Source of the DNA: the human T2T-CHM13v2.0 reference genome, Homo sapiens
Reading direction: 5' to 3'
Assembly: GCA_009914755.4 (NCBI GenBank)
Contig: CP086569.2
Location: 7,872,001 to 7,936,000 of the forward strand
DNA length: 64,000 nucleotides
This document shows, in pieces, positions 1 to 13,680 of this stretch (positions within the stretch are counted from its first letter, which is position 1; each line of letters opens with the position of its first letter). Made by a program: the position numbers and the translations under genes. The notes beneath the pieces are model-generated. The model was not told the origin of the DNA and made no database searches. It saw nothing but the letters and a program-made list of their open reading frames with translations.

Positions 1-175
1 TTGGAACTGTATGTGTTCTGCACCTTTTTAAGTCTTCAACAATGAACTTAAAAATTAAAATTTTATATTTAATATTATTGCTGATATAGCGATACTATAA
101 ATTTTTATAACTAGATGTCCTGTTCTTTAAATGATGATGTGTGATACATAGGGAAGAGGATATCCTGGAGCTTTT

Positions 176-510
176 ATATTTTATTTTATTTTATTTTATC
201 TCTTTATTTTATTTTATTTTATATATATTTTTGAGACAGAGTCTCACTGGGTAACTCAGGCAGGAGTGCAATATCACGATCCTGGCTCACTGCAGTCTCC
301 AACTTTAGGTTCAAGTGATTCTTCTCTGTCAGCCTCCTGAGTAGTTGGACCAAAGGCATTCACCACCATGCACGGCTAATTTTTGTATTTGTAGTACAGA
401 TGTCATTTCGTCATATTACCCAGGCTGGTCTTGAAGTCCTGACCTCAAGTGATCCACCCAACTCAGCCTCACAAAGTGCTGGGATACAGACGTGAGCCAT
501 CGCACCTGGC
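176..510 (-). mobile_element. Alu SINE (AluS-like), minus orientation, with (TTTTA)n-modified tail at 176-236
   Basis: Reverse complement of the Alu consensus (…gagacagagtctcac…cctcccaaagtgctgggat…gtgagccatcgcacctggc). The left end carries a T-rich/(TTTTA)n tail. Confidence 0.9.
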
Positions 511-1135
511 ATTTTGCTAATCTTGTTTCGATCTTATGCATAGTTGCTTGCAGAGAAAAAGCCAGGTATTCGTCAATATATCATAGATAAACCCAACTAA
601 ATTTTCGAGAGGAATATATTCCAAAAGTTACCATGGAAAATTATTAACAAAGGTGTCATTCAAGAGGATTGCAGAAACTGAACTATACTCAGTGGGATTA
701 GTATCATAATGTAGTACAAAGACACTGAATAAGTTTGTATGATTATTGTTTTGTAGTGGTTGCAGGTCAGCTTTCACTGCTTAAACCACGTACAGCACCC
801 TACTCAAACTTGCATGCCAGTGAGGCAGTCAGGATTTGGAGGAAGGCCCAGCAAGAACAATCAGGGAACAAGGACAGAATCCTGGATTTGCCTATGGTGC
901 TTTATGATCTTCCACAAGTAGGCAAACTGATCAGTGCAGAGAGCATATCTTCTGTCACAGAGTAGATACTTCAACCAAAATTATTACCTTAAATATATCT
1001 GTCCTTACTCTAAATAGTTAAATCCTCTGTATTCAAGATTTAAAGTTGAATCCAAAGACTCTTTAATATTACAAAGAAACATGAAGTTACCTTAAGTTAA
1101 AATTGTTCAGAGGATATTGAAATAACTACTGTCTA

Positions 1136-1781
<646 letters not shown>

Positions 1782-4488
1782 CCAAAATTCTTCTTAATGT
1801 TGACATAAATAGTGTTATCCCAGGAGTCTATTTTAATGTGTGCTTCAGTAATGATCTCTCCATTAGAAGCCTCTAGGAAAGAATCATTGAGTTTCAATCA
1901 CACAAATATTTATGAGAGAGACTTACATTTGATTTGAAAAGTGTGCCCTTGTACAGTTTTCATTCGAGGTAATGAATATCTGACAGTAGAAAACAAATTT
2001 TATAATTCTTAAATACCTGACTAGTAGTAGTATTTTTATATATAAGGTATTTATTTTCATTGATCATGGATTATTCCTGCACCTACCTTAATTATAATTA
2101 CCAATCCAGCAAAGTTAAAATCACACTGTACCTAAAAATAGAAACAGTATTCTACTGAAGGTGATCATGCTATCATGCTGATGATGGGTTGCCATCTTTT
2201 CCTCTGAAACAGCAAAGAGGTTCTGCATGTTATTCTGCCTTCAACATATGCACTTGCTAGTTTCTGTTACCATTGTTAAAAATAGATTCATTTGACAATC
2301 TTTTTTTAAAAGACTTTCCATCCTAGAAAGCTTATTAGTTTTACTTTACACAACCTGATTCAGCACATACTGCTACTAAATAGATGATTTTTCACGAAAT
2401 AATGCAATCAGTAATTTGTAGGAAGAACAGAAACCTAGGCCCCAGAAATCCCAAAGTAGAAATCCTCCTAGGAGTTGTAGTAATTTGGAGCTCTGTCATA
2501 GTTTATTAGTGATGAAGAGATCCATACAACTTCATGGGAGGTAGTGCATCGGTGACATTGCATCTAGCAAGAATAAGAGATACTCAAGATACATGCTATT
2601 TCATATTCATACCCATGAATCAGTGACACAACTCTTCAAAATGTTGTGGATCAGCTACCCACAAGACAGGGAGAATAAGATATGACTGTACACTGTGTTC
2701 CAGACATTATGGATTTAATGCTTAAACACATCCAAATGAATACAGTTGGAATAATGGCTACACACTTCTGGGTAAAATAAAATGCATTGTAAACCTTAAC
2801 TTTTTAGTTAAAATGTAAGTATAGTATTAACCATTATTGTTCATGCTATCTTTTAACCTCATTGCAATGAAGAGAATAGTGGATGATACACAGATCACCA
2901 CTCTCCTGCCTTTTGAGTAAAACTAAAAAGGATGATTTATTTCACATTCTTAGAGAAGCAAATTAATTTTAACAACTTTTCTAGGTTTCTCATTGCCAAC
3001 TGATCACTTCTTATAAAGAAATAAAAGACAGCTTTGCTGAATTCAAAAATGATATATCAATTGGTCTCAATATTTGTCTTCTGTTTTAACTAAGGCCTTA
3101 TTCAAGGATAGTCAAGATATGCATTGCCTGTTTTTGTTTTAAGTAGGCACTATGGAGCTAGAAAAAGGTGTCTTTCTGCTCATTTAAAGGTAACAGAGGC
3201 TATCCTGGCCTTACAGAAGATCCAGGGGGCAGATTGGCCAGGAAAGCAGGGCTATGGTGTCGAGCCATTAAAGTGTTCCCCTAGGAGTGCATTAATAACA
3301 GCCAAGGCATTAGAAGGTTTCCTTCTAGAGTCATTGGCTTTGATTTTTTAAGCCATTTTTCCCCTCTTGTTATATAGAGAGACACAAATCTAGGGAAGCA
3401 ATAATTCTACTCTAGTTATTGTAGGCAGTGGTGTAAAGTCACCAGTCTTGAAAGCCGCTTGTAAATGCAGGACCCATCCCATTAAAGAGTGTTCCACTTG
3501 GGAAATATGCTGTATTATCAAAATGAGGAATTCTGTGAACTGAAACTACAGTTTAAACTCAGTGTACCAGTTCTTCCAAAGTTCAGTTATAGATTGAAGT
3601 GATGATGGTTTGTTTTATTCCAATTCATTAAAGGTCCAGTTATTCTACTACCCCCAAAAATGTATTCTAAAAACTGAAATAAAGTGATGGTACTCTTTTG
3701 GAAAAGTCCATCCCCACATCTCTGCCCATCCCCACACCAAGATTTATTTTGACAAAAATAGTTTTAATGATATGTCACTGATGGCAATCAATGTATTGAG
3801 CTGTAATGTTGTAAAGATTTATGAAGTTCCATTTAGATCCATCACTACAGTTAGAAAAGTAGTTTCATCTACATTGTTGAGAAAGAAAGTTCTTTCTAGA
3901 AAGGGGAGGTGGCTGGCAAGGTCCAGTTGAAAACATTCAGAAGACAAGAGGTGAATTAGCAAAGTGGAAAGAGATGTTGAATTAAATGTATGCAAATTTT
4001 TGATGACAAACTGCATGTAAATCATAGGTTATATATAATCCTAAAGACAGAACATTGATGGCCCTACATCAACCTTAGTGCCAGAGTAAAACAAAAGGAG
4101 ATGCGCACCACTGGGGTCTTCCCTAAAATACAAAATTCAAAAAAAAAAAAAAAAATACGTGAACATAGAAATAATAAACTGAGACTGAGAGTGAATATGG
4201 GACTGACAGTCAATATGACTATCTGGAAGTCACTGAAGAAATAAAGCTATAAAGAAAAAAAATGAACCATATTTAAAAAGCTGCAGGAACATGATCAGGT
4301 CATGCCATACAGTGCAAGTTGGGTGTACTGGTTCAGTTGAAGCCAGAACCTACAAATAATATATAGATAGCAGAGATCTACTTCCATTTACACTTCCTGC
4401 GTAACACAAATTTTGGCTTTCTCATTTAATGAAATAATACAGTAGCAGAGTTCATGCTGATGACAAGCTTTATCTTTAGCTTTTTGTG

Positions 4489-4575
4489 TCCCCTTCTTCC
4501 CTCCTTCCCTCCCTCCTTTCTTTCCTTCTTTCCTTCCTTCCTTCCCTTCTTCCTTCCTTCCTTCTTTCCTCGTTT
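4489..4575. repeat. (TTCC)n / (GGAA)n tetranucleotide microsatellite
   Basis: cccttcttccctccttccctccctcctttctttccttctttccttccttcc… seen directly. Confidence 0.9.
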
Positions 4576-6604
4576 TAAATTAGAAGTCCAATTGAACCAT
4601 GCCTTTTGCTTGTTTTGACCTAACAATCAGGCTTTAAAATGTTACTGATTCAACCGTAATGTCAGGTGGCCAAGGAAGAGCAGTGAATAACTCAATCTGA
4701 TTTAGTACGTCTTTGATTAGAAACTTAAGGCCATGAAATAGTATCATCTCCAGCACCCTGAGTAGAAGTAGTTCCACCACAGAAATAGGTGGTAGTTAAT
4801 TTATTTAACCACTCAGTTTTGAAGTCTTCAATAACTTAGTTGAAATAAAGATGGTGAAGTCTCCCAATAAAATGAGCTAAGACTTCAAGAACAGGCAAGG
4901 CATTGGCAATTTTGAATCGGTAAAGCTGACGTTTTGTTACTAATTTTCTCTGAGAAAATGACATGGAGCAAGATTTGAGACCATCAAAAAACAAGGAAAC
5001 AAAGGTCACTTTATTGAATTTAAATGAAGTTAGATGACTTTAAATTGATTTAAACATATTTTAAAATCTATGTCTGATTTCACAAAATTAAATTGAATGT
5101 TTTATAATAAAATAAGCTTGTTTTGAGTTTTAAAGTCACACAACCATACCCACATATTATTTTTGTTAATTAATGGAAAAGAACACAAGTTCTACCTATT
5201 GACATAGTGGCAAAATAATAAAAAGGAACACACAACTCAAATTTTTCTACACACACACAGGCATTCTAAGTGACATAGAGGGTTAATTCTATGTAGATTG
5301 CATAAAATATTTCAGTTTTGTGTCTTGTACTTGTCCTTAAAAATAAAGAATAAATACAGGCAGAATAAAAACTAACCAAAATGAAATACACATTTTTTTT
5401 AACAGAAGTCTGAACGACGTCATTGGGAAATCCACGAGGGCTAAACTTAAATGAATATACATAAGATGCTAAGAGATATGTCTTAAAGCAGTATTTGCAA
5501 AGTAAGCACACTTTTCACTTACTTTACATATGATACATTGGGCCAGAAGTGCAAGGAGAGCCACTGCTTGTCCCTACAGTCATCCTGAGTCATAGGCTAT
5601 GACAGTGATAGTGAAAATTAGATAATAGGTGTGATATAGAACATTCAGATTGAGTGCAAGATAATACACATTTGCAGACATCAGGCAGAATGCAAATGTT
5701 CCACATTTGCAGCTACTATTGTTTTTCTGAAAAACAAAGTTTATAAATGCTGGGAAAAGTAAGCTATACCATTATAGATCTAAGACATCTGGAGAAGGAA
5801 ACTCATTATACACCACAAGTCTTGACAGCTGGAACTTCATTGATAGCTCATGCAAGCATTCCCCTATGGTGACTACGTTTACCAATACTGTACTGTATAG
5901 TTAAAAAACTTGCTCAGAGAGTAAAGCTTTATTGTTGTCACCCAAAACAAACAAAAAATACCCTAAACAGATACCAAACACAATTAAATTATCTTAAAGG
6001 ATACTAGAAATAAATGACAAGTTCTGTGTACACGAATGGCATTTACATGAGCAAGAAGTTTCTAAAAAGCAACAATTAAACATAAAGTAGCAGGATTTTT
6101 TCAAGCCATGATCTAAAATAATATATTTTAAAAAACTATCGTTAAAGTTTGAGTGTGAAATAAAGATACTTTATGATATACAAAACTTGAAAGGACGTAG
6201 TACAGAGAGTTTGCTTGCTGAAGTAATTTGTTAAGGTTAAGTTTGAGGAAAGAGGAAATTTCACACAAAAAGAAAAATTTAAGAACTAAAGTGAGTAAAC
6301 AAATTAATAAAGAAGAACATATTCCTAAGCTAGCAATAACAATGTAAACAATAACACTAACAATGAGTAATTAAGCATATGGTTAAGGTGCACCTAAAAT
6401 TCTAAACAATATGATTCGAATTTAATTACAATTTAATTGATAGAGTTTATGAGAACAAACAAAATTATAAGCCATATAAAAATGAATGTAGTAAAAACTG
6501 AAAATGTTCAAGTAAAAGTTTTAAATTTTATTGAAGGGCAAAATAAATGAAAGCCAAAATACACATAAAAACGTGTGCTGGGCAATTGTTAAAAAATCTT
6601 CACA

Positions 6605-8310
6605 TGATGAAGGACCTCTTCAAGGAGAACTACAAACCACTGCTCAATGAAATAAAAGAGGATGCAAACAAATGGAAGAACATACCATGCTCATGGATAG
6701 GAAGAATCAATATCATGAAAATGGCCACACTGCCCAAGGTAATTTATATATTCAATGCCATCCCCATCAAGCTACCAATGACTTTCTTCACAGAATTGCA
6801 AAAAACTATTTTAAAGTTCATGTGGAACAAAAAAAAAGCCCAAATTGTCAAGACAACCCAAAGCCAAAATAACAAAGCTGGAGGCATCACGCTACCTGAC
6901 TTCAAACTATGCTACAAGGCTACAGTAACCAAAACAGCATGGTACTGGTACCAAAACAGAGATACAGACCAATGGAACAGAACAGAGCCCTTGAAAATAA
7001 TACCACACATATACAACCATATGAACTTTGACAAACCTGACAAAAACAAGAAATGGGGAAAGGATTCCCTATTTAATAAATGATGTGGGGAAAACTGGCT
7101 AGCCATATGTAGAAAGCTGAAACTGGATCCTTTCCTTATACCTTACATAGAAATTATTTCAAGATGGATTAAAGACTTAAATGTTAGACCTAAAACCATA
7201 AAAACTCTAGAAAAAAACCTAGGCAATACCATTCAGGACATAGGCATGGGCAAGGACTTCATATCTAAAACAACAAAAGCAATGGCAACAAAAGCCAAAA
7301 TTGACAAATGGGATCTAATTAAACTAAAGGGCTTCTGCACAGCAAAAGAAACTACCACCAGAGTGAGCAGGCAACCTACAGAGTGGGAGAAAACTTTTAC
7401 AATCTACCCATCTGACAAATGGCTAATATCCAGAATATACAAAGATCTCAAACAAATTTACAAGAAAAAAGCAAACAACTCCATCAAAAAGTCAGCAAAG
7501 GATATGAACAGACACTTCTCAAAAGAAGACATTTATGCAGCCAAAAAACACATGAAAAAATGCTCACTATCACTGGCCATCAGAGAAATGCAAATCAAAA
7601 CCACAATGAGATACCGTCTCACACCAGTTAGAATGGTGATCATTAAAAAGTCAGGAAACAACAGGTGCTGGAGAGGATGTGGAGAAACAGGAACACCTTC
7701 ACACTGTTGGTGGTACTGTAAACTAGTTCAACCATTCTGGAAGACAGTGTGGCGATTCCTCAAGGATCTAGATCTGGAAATACCATTTGATCCAGCCATA
7801 CCATTACTGGGTATATACCCAAAGGATTATAAATCATGATGCTGTAAAGATACATGCACACGTATGTTCATTGCAGCACTATTCACAATAGCAAAGACTT
7901 GGAACCAACCCAAATGTCCATCAATGATAGACTGGATTAAGAAAATGTGGCACATAAACACCATGGAATACTATGCAGCCATAAAAAATGATGAGTTCAT
8001 GTCATTTGTAGGGACATGGATGAAGCTGGAAACTGTCATTCTGAGCAAACTATCGTAAGGACAAAAAACCAGACACCGCATGTTCTCACTCATAGGTGGG
8101 AATTGAACAATGAGAACACTTGTACACAGAGTAGGGAACATCACACGCTGGAGCCTGTCATGGGTTGGGGGGAGTGGGGAGGGATAGCATTAGGTGATAT
8201 ACCCAATGTAAATGACGAGTTAATGGGTGCAGCACACCAACATGGCACATGTATACGTATGTAACAAACTTGCACATTGTGCACATGTACCCTAGAACTT
8301 AAAGTATAAT
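6605..8310 (+). mobile_element. L1 (LINE-1) 5'-truncated insertion covering the ORF2 C-terminal third plus 3'UTR, with 16-bp TSD TTAAAAAATCTTCACA (6589-6604 and 8311-8326)
   Basis: The ORF-track proteins ([17 protein letters not shown]…[15 protein letters not shown]…; …[20 protein letters not shown]…[11 protein letters not shown]…CWRGCGE…[19 protein letters not shown]) are L1 ORF2p C-terminal sequence. The 3'UTR ends …gtaccctagaacttaaagtataat. Direct repeats at both ends start at a TT|AAAA-type site. Confidence 0.9.
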
Positions 8311-8512
8311 TTAAAAAATCTTCACATAAGATGTCTCTTTCTATATTAAAATATAAATTCAGGAAATGATAATTACAGCAAGATGCTTCATGCTCATTGA
8401 CAAGCTGATTCTAAATATGGAATTGAAACGGGATGGGACTCATACAGGCAAATTTTGTAGTAAGTGCAGGAGAACAATGGTATGGAAGAGGAAGATGGAA
8501 AAAGAGGACTCT

Positions 8513-8806
<294 letters not shown>

Positions 8807-9195
8807 TGAGGACTCTGTTTAATAGTGAACACTTCTATACAGCTATTTCTAAATATTATGGTATGGAAAAATCTATTGCAAATTGAAGTAACCTGGAAGT
8901 AAATACTCTGTTATGACAGAAGTTACAGTCTAAGCAATGCTGAAGTAATGCACTATTCAATAATATCCTAAGAAATAAATTGAAGGCAAATGGACTAGAC
9001 TCATTTATTAATGACATATAAAAATAAATCTTTATGTCACAGTATACACAAGAGTAAATGGATGATGATTTTAAAAATACATGTCAAAACCGAAGCTGCC
9101 AAATTGCTAGGAGAAAATATTAGAGAATAATTTATAGTTTCAGAAAAATACTGTTAATACAGTTTAAAAGGCTTTAATAAAAAATAAAAATTTTA

Positions 9196-9478
<283 letters not shown>

Positions 9479-10069
9479 CTAAATAGTAATAATAATAATA
9501 ATAAAGTAGCAATAATAATAGTAAAAATTAAAATTTTAAAAAGTAGACATACTAAAATAAAAATCTTTTTGACTTAAGACATCATGAAAAATTAAGTTAA
9601 TCATATGACCAACTGGAGACAGCTATAGCACAAAACATTAGTATGAAATAAAATAACACGTGTAAATCTATCAGATAAAGGGCAACATATAGAACAAATA
9701 AGCATCTAAGCAGGCACTTCACAGGAGAAAAAAAGCTGAATATTCAACAAATTCATGAAAAGAAAATTAAGATCACAATAAAAGGCCATGTTTTATCCAT
9801 GATACTGACTAAAATTGAGAAGTCAAACATCATCATGTGTTGAAAAGGGTGTGGAGAAGCAGGAACCTTAGTATTTAATACACTGTTCCTGTGAATTAAT
9901 GTGGTAACTTCAGAGCGTTCTGTACCCATGCTTGGTAAATTTGGAGACAGGCACACAAAATTACCAGGAACTTTTATTTCTTGATATACACTATAAAAAA
10001 GCCGGTTTATATGTTTGTTAAAAATAGACACAGGACAAAATGTTTTGGGGTTAAGAAGAAATTGTGGAA

Positions 10070-11090
10070 AAATACTAACTCTCTTTCAATGGAGGACATG
10101 TATAAAAAATCACTTTTCTTTCACATAATGGAATGAAATACAGTGGTTAAAATGAATGAAAAAGAACTGTCCATGTAAACATTTGCAATTTCAAAACTAT
10201 AACATGTTTGAAAACTGAATTGCAAGGGGATACATTTGGTATGCAATACTTATATACTCTTTAAATGCCTCTAAAGCAATGGTATATATACTGTATATCC
10301 ACTGTATATATATATAATATATATCCACTGTATATACACTATACATCAACTGTATATATATACTATATACACTGTATATATACTATATATCCACTGTATA
10401 TATACTATATATCCACTGTATATATATACTATATATCCACTGTATATATATACTATATATCCACTGTATATATATACTATATATCCACTGTATATATATA
10501 CTATATATCCACTGTATATATATACTGTATATCCACTGTATATATATACTGTATATCCACTGTATATATACTATATACAGTGTATATATACTATATATAC
10601 TGTATATATACAGTGTATACGGTATATATATACAGTATATACAGTGTATATATATACAGTGGATATATAGTGTATATATACTGTATATACACTGTATATA
10701 TACTATATACTGTATATATACTATATATACAGTATTTATACAATATATACACTATATATACAGTGGATATATAGTATATATAGTGTATATAGTATATATA
10801 TAGTGTATATAGTATATAGAGTGTATATACTATATATATACAGTGTATATATATTATATATATACTATTTCTTTAGAGGCATTTAAAGAGTATATAAGTA
10901 TGTAAATATTTCATACCAAATGTATCCCCTTGCAATTCAGTTTTCAAACATGTTATCGTTTAGAAATTGCAAATGTTTATATGGACAGTTCTATTTCATT
11001 CATTTTAACCACTGTATTTTAATCCATTATGTGAAAGAAAAGTGATTTTTCATACATACCCTCCGTTGAAAGAGATATACTATGTATCTC
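10070..11090. repeat. Large AT-rich palindrome: inverted ~220-bp arms (10070-10290 and 10870-11090, ~90% identical) around a tandem (TATATACTGTATATCCAC)-like array that itself switches orientation near 10570-10600
   Basis: The reverse complement of ctctttcaatggaggacatgtataaaaaatcacttttctttcacataatggaatgaaatacagtggttaaaatgaatgaaaaagaactgtccat (left arm) matches tatggacagttctatttcattcattttaaccactgtattttaatccattatgtgaaagaaaagtgatttttcatacataccctccgttgaaagag (right arm). The central array reads …tatatccactgtatata… on the left half and …tatacagtggatatata… on the right half. Confidence 0.8.
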
Positions 11091-11640
11091 TTTTATAGTA
11101 TACTATATAGTATAAGATATACTATATATACACTGTATATATACTATATATGCTGTATATATACACTATATTTACTGTATACATACACTATATATACTGT
11201 ATACATACACTATATATACTGTATATATACTGTATAAATATACTATATATACTGTATATATACACTCTATACTGTATACATATACTATATACACTGTATA
11301 CATACTATATATACTGTATATATACTTCATACTGTATACATACTATATATACTGTATATATACTTTATACTGTATATACTGTATGTATGTAATATATACT
11401 GTATATATGTATACTGTATATATACACTATATACTATAATATATATAGTATATGTACGGTATATATAGTGTATATATACAGTATACATATTATATACACT
11501 GTATATATTACATACATACAGTATATACAGTATATAGTATATATACTGTGTATATAGTATATATACAGTATATATAGTATATACTGTATATATAGTGTAT
11601 ATAATATATACTGTATATATACTGTATATATGGATAAATA
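11090..11640. repeat. Second block of the same TATATACTGTATA-type low-complexity tandem repeat, again with an orientation switch near 11400-11440
   Basis: ctgtatatatacactatatttactgtatacatacactatatatactg… followed by …tatatagtgtatatatacagtatacatattatatacactg…. Confidence 0.75.
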
Positions 11641-13604
11641 TTTACTGTATAAAACATGATGTGGGAGAATTACATGCAAAATTCAGGACAATGATTACCT
11701 ATGGAGAGAAAGAAGGAAGAAAGGATGGAGGTGTTGTAGAGCCTTCAATACTCTCACAATATTTATTTACTTTTTCAACTCCTAAGAGAGATTAACTGAC
11801 ATGGAAAAATGTTAACATTTAATTATTGCATTATATTTCATAAAGACATACCTTCCCTAGTATGCAGCAGTTACTGTTGTACATGCTTTACAAATATTAC
11901 TTGATTTAATTTTAATGGTAAAACCTGTGAGGTAGTATTAATATAACACTCATTTCCTAGATTACAAGACTAAGGTGAAGAAAGTTTAAATGGCTTGCAC
12001 AAATTCACATAGAGCTAGATTTGAAGCCAGGTATGTCTGTGGTCTATTGATATGATGCCCTTTCTTGCATGGCTCATTTCTTCAACATCAATAGTACATG
12101 TAGGTGGATATTTCCAATATATTTTTTCATACTTTGGGATTTTCTGAAAATTATCACAATTAAAATCAAACACTTAGAAATCCAGGAAATTCTGCTTGCC
12201 ACTATTCGGTGACGAAAGGACCACATATATGTAGAAAGCCGGTTGTTAGAAATAAGTCCCAACATAACAATAATTATTGATAGAGCAGGAGCACTGGCAT
12301 CTTGGACAAACACCACCACTTTAAATTCTGTCTCCTTTTGTGGCCTCATGCATTTCATGGAAATCACTTATCTTCTGACTACAAGCAGCTAAAAAGAGCA
12401 GACAGTAAAACACAAATAAGACAACTCAGCACAGAGGGAGGTGAAGGGAAAGTCTGTTGAGTAAATGTCAAACTTCGCCTCATACAATGGGCCCCAGTAA
12501 AACAGTGGGCCTTATTAAGTACACTCCTTTCCCTTCAGGTGCACCAAGTTAGGGAAGCTAAAAGTGGAATGCGGGGATAAGCCTGCAGCTGCAGAAAGAT
12601 GTATGGGAACAGGTACACAACTCTCCCTCCCAAACAAGCACAACAGAGACACAGAAGTAGTCCAAGCCTCTGATAAACTCTCCCACCCTTAATCTGTAAA
12701 AACTCTTAGTCCCTAAGAAAGTGTGTCTCTGACCTAACTCAGCCAGAAGGTGCCCTCTCAGGTTTGTTTTCTCTAAAATAAGTCTGTCCTTACTGGTGAG
12801 CCACCTTTTCTTCTTTCTTCTCTGTTTATTTCTTACAATCATAATAAATGTAAATGATCTAAACTCACTCATTAAATATCAGCTAAATAATACTTGCAAG
12901 AGAGAAGCCTAATGCATAAAGCACATGGGGACTGAAAATAAAAGGATAGGAGCAAATAAACTAGGTAAATGCTAATCAATAGAAAGATGATATATTTATA
13001 TTAATTTTATAAAAACTAAGCTTTTATACAAGAAAATATATATTTTTAAGAATAGAGAAGGCCACTGCTTCATGGAAGTCTCTCTTCAACAAGGGGTTAG
13101 TTACTTAAAATGTGTGTGCACCTAATAAAATTAGCACACATATCTAATAAAAAAGGATATAATTTCAGGGATTTTTTTTTTACTCTACTCATATGGTAAT
13201 TTTATGTGTCAGTCTGACTGCGCAAGTGTGCACCCAGATGTGTGGTCAGGCATTATTCTGTTGTGTCTGTGGGGGTGTTTCTGGATGAGATTAACGTTTT
13301 AGATAATGAGTAAAGAAAGATATAAGACTTGGGTAGAACAAAAAGGATAAAATAAAGGGGACTACTTCCTGCCTAATTGTATTTGAGCTGAGGCTTTGAA
13401 TTCTTCTGCCATTAGATTCAAACTAAAACCTTGGCTCTTCCCAGATCTCAAGGTTGTCACCCTTCAAACTGGAAACACACCATTAGCCATCCTGGTTCTC
13501 TGGCCTTTGGTATCAGACTATAACTATACTATCAATACTCCTGGGTCTCCAAATTGCCAACTGTGTTTATTAGAACTTGCCAGCCTTCCTAACTGCAGGA
13601 ATCT

Positions 13605-13680
13605 ATATATTTGTGTGTGTGTGTGTATGTGTGTGTATTTGTGGGCATCTGTGTGTATATACACACACACATATATGCAT
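13605..13680. repeat. (TG)n/(CA)n dinucleotide microsatellite, interrupted
   Basis: tgtgtgtgtgtgtgtatgtgtgtgtatttgtgggcatctgtgtgtatatacacacacacat. Confidence 0.9.

Noticed and set aside
6547-8264. 178- and 197-aa ORFs, and similar ORFs at 26441-28094 and 51256-54085
   Set aside because: They are L1 ORF2 fragments from truncated, frame-disrupted retrotransposon copies, not host genes. They are reported above as mobile elements.
10265-11795. ORFs encoding tyrosine/isoleucine-rich peptides (YIYYISTVYIY…) on both strands
   Set aside because: They are translations of the TATATACTGTATA tandem repeat.
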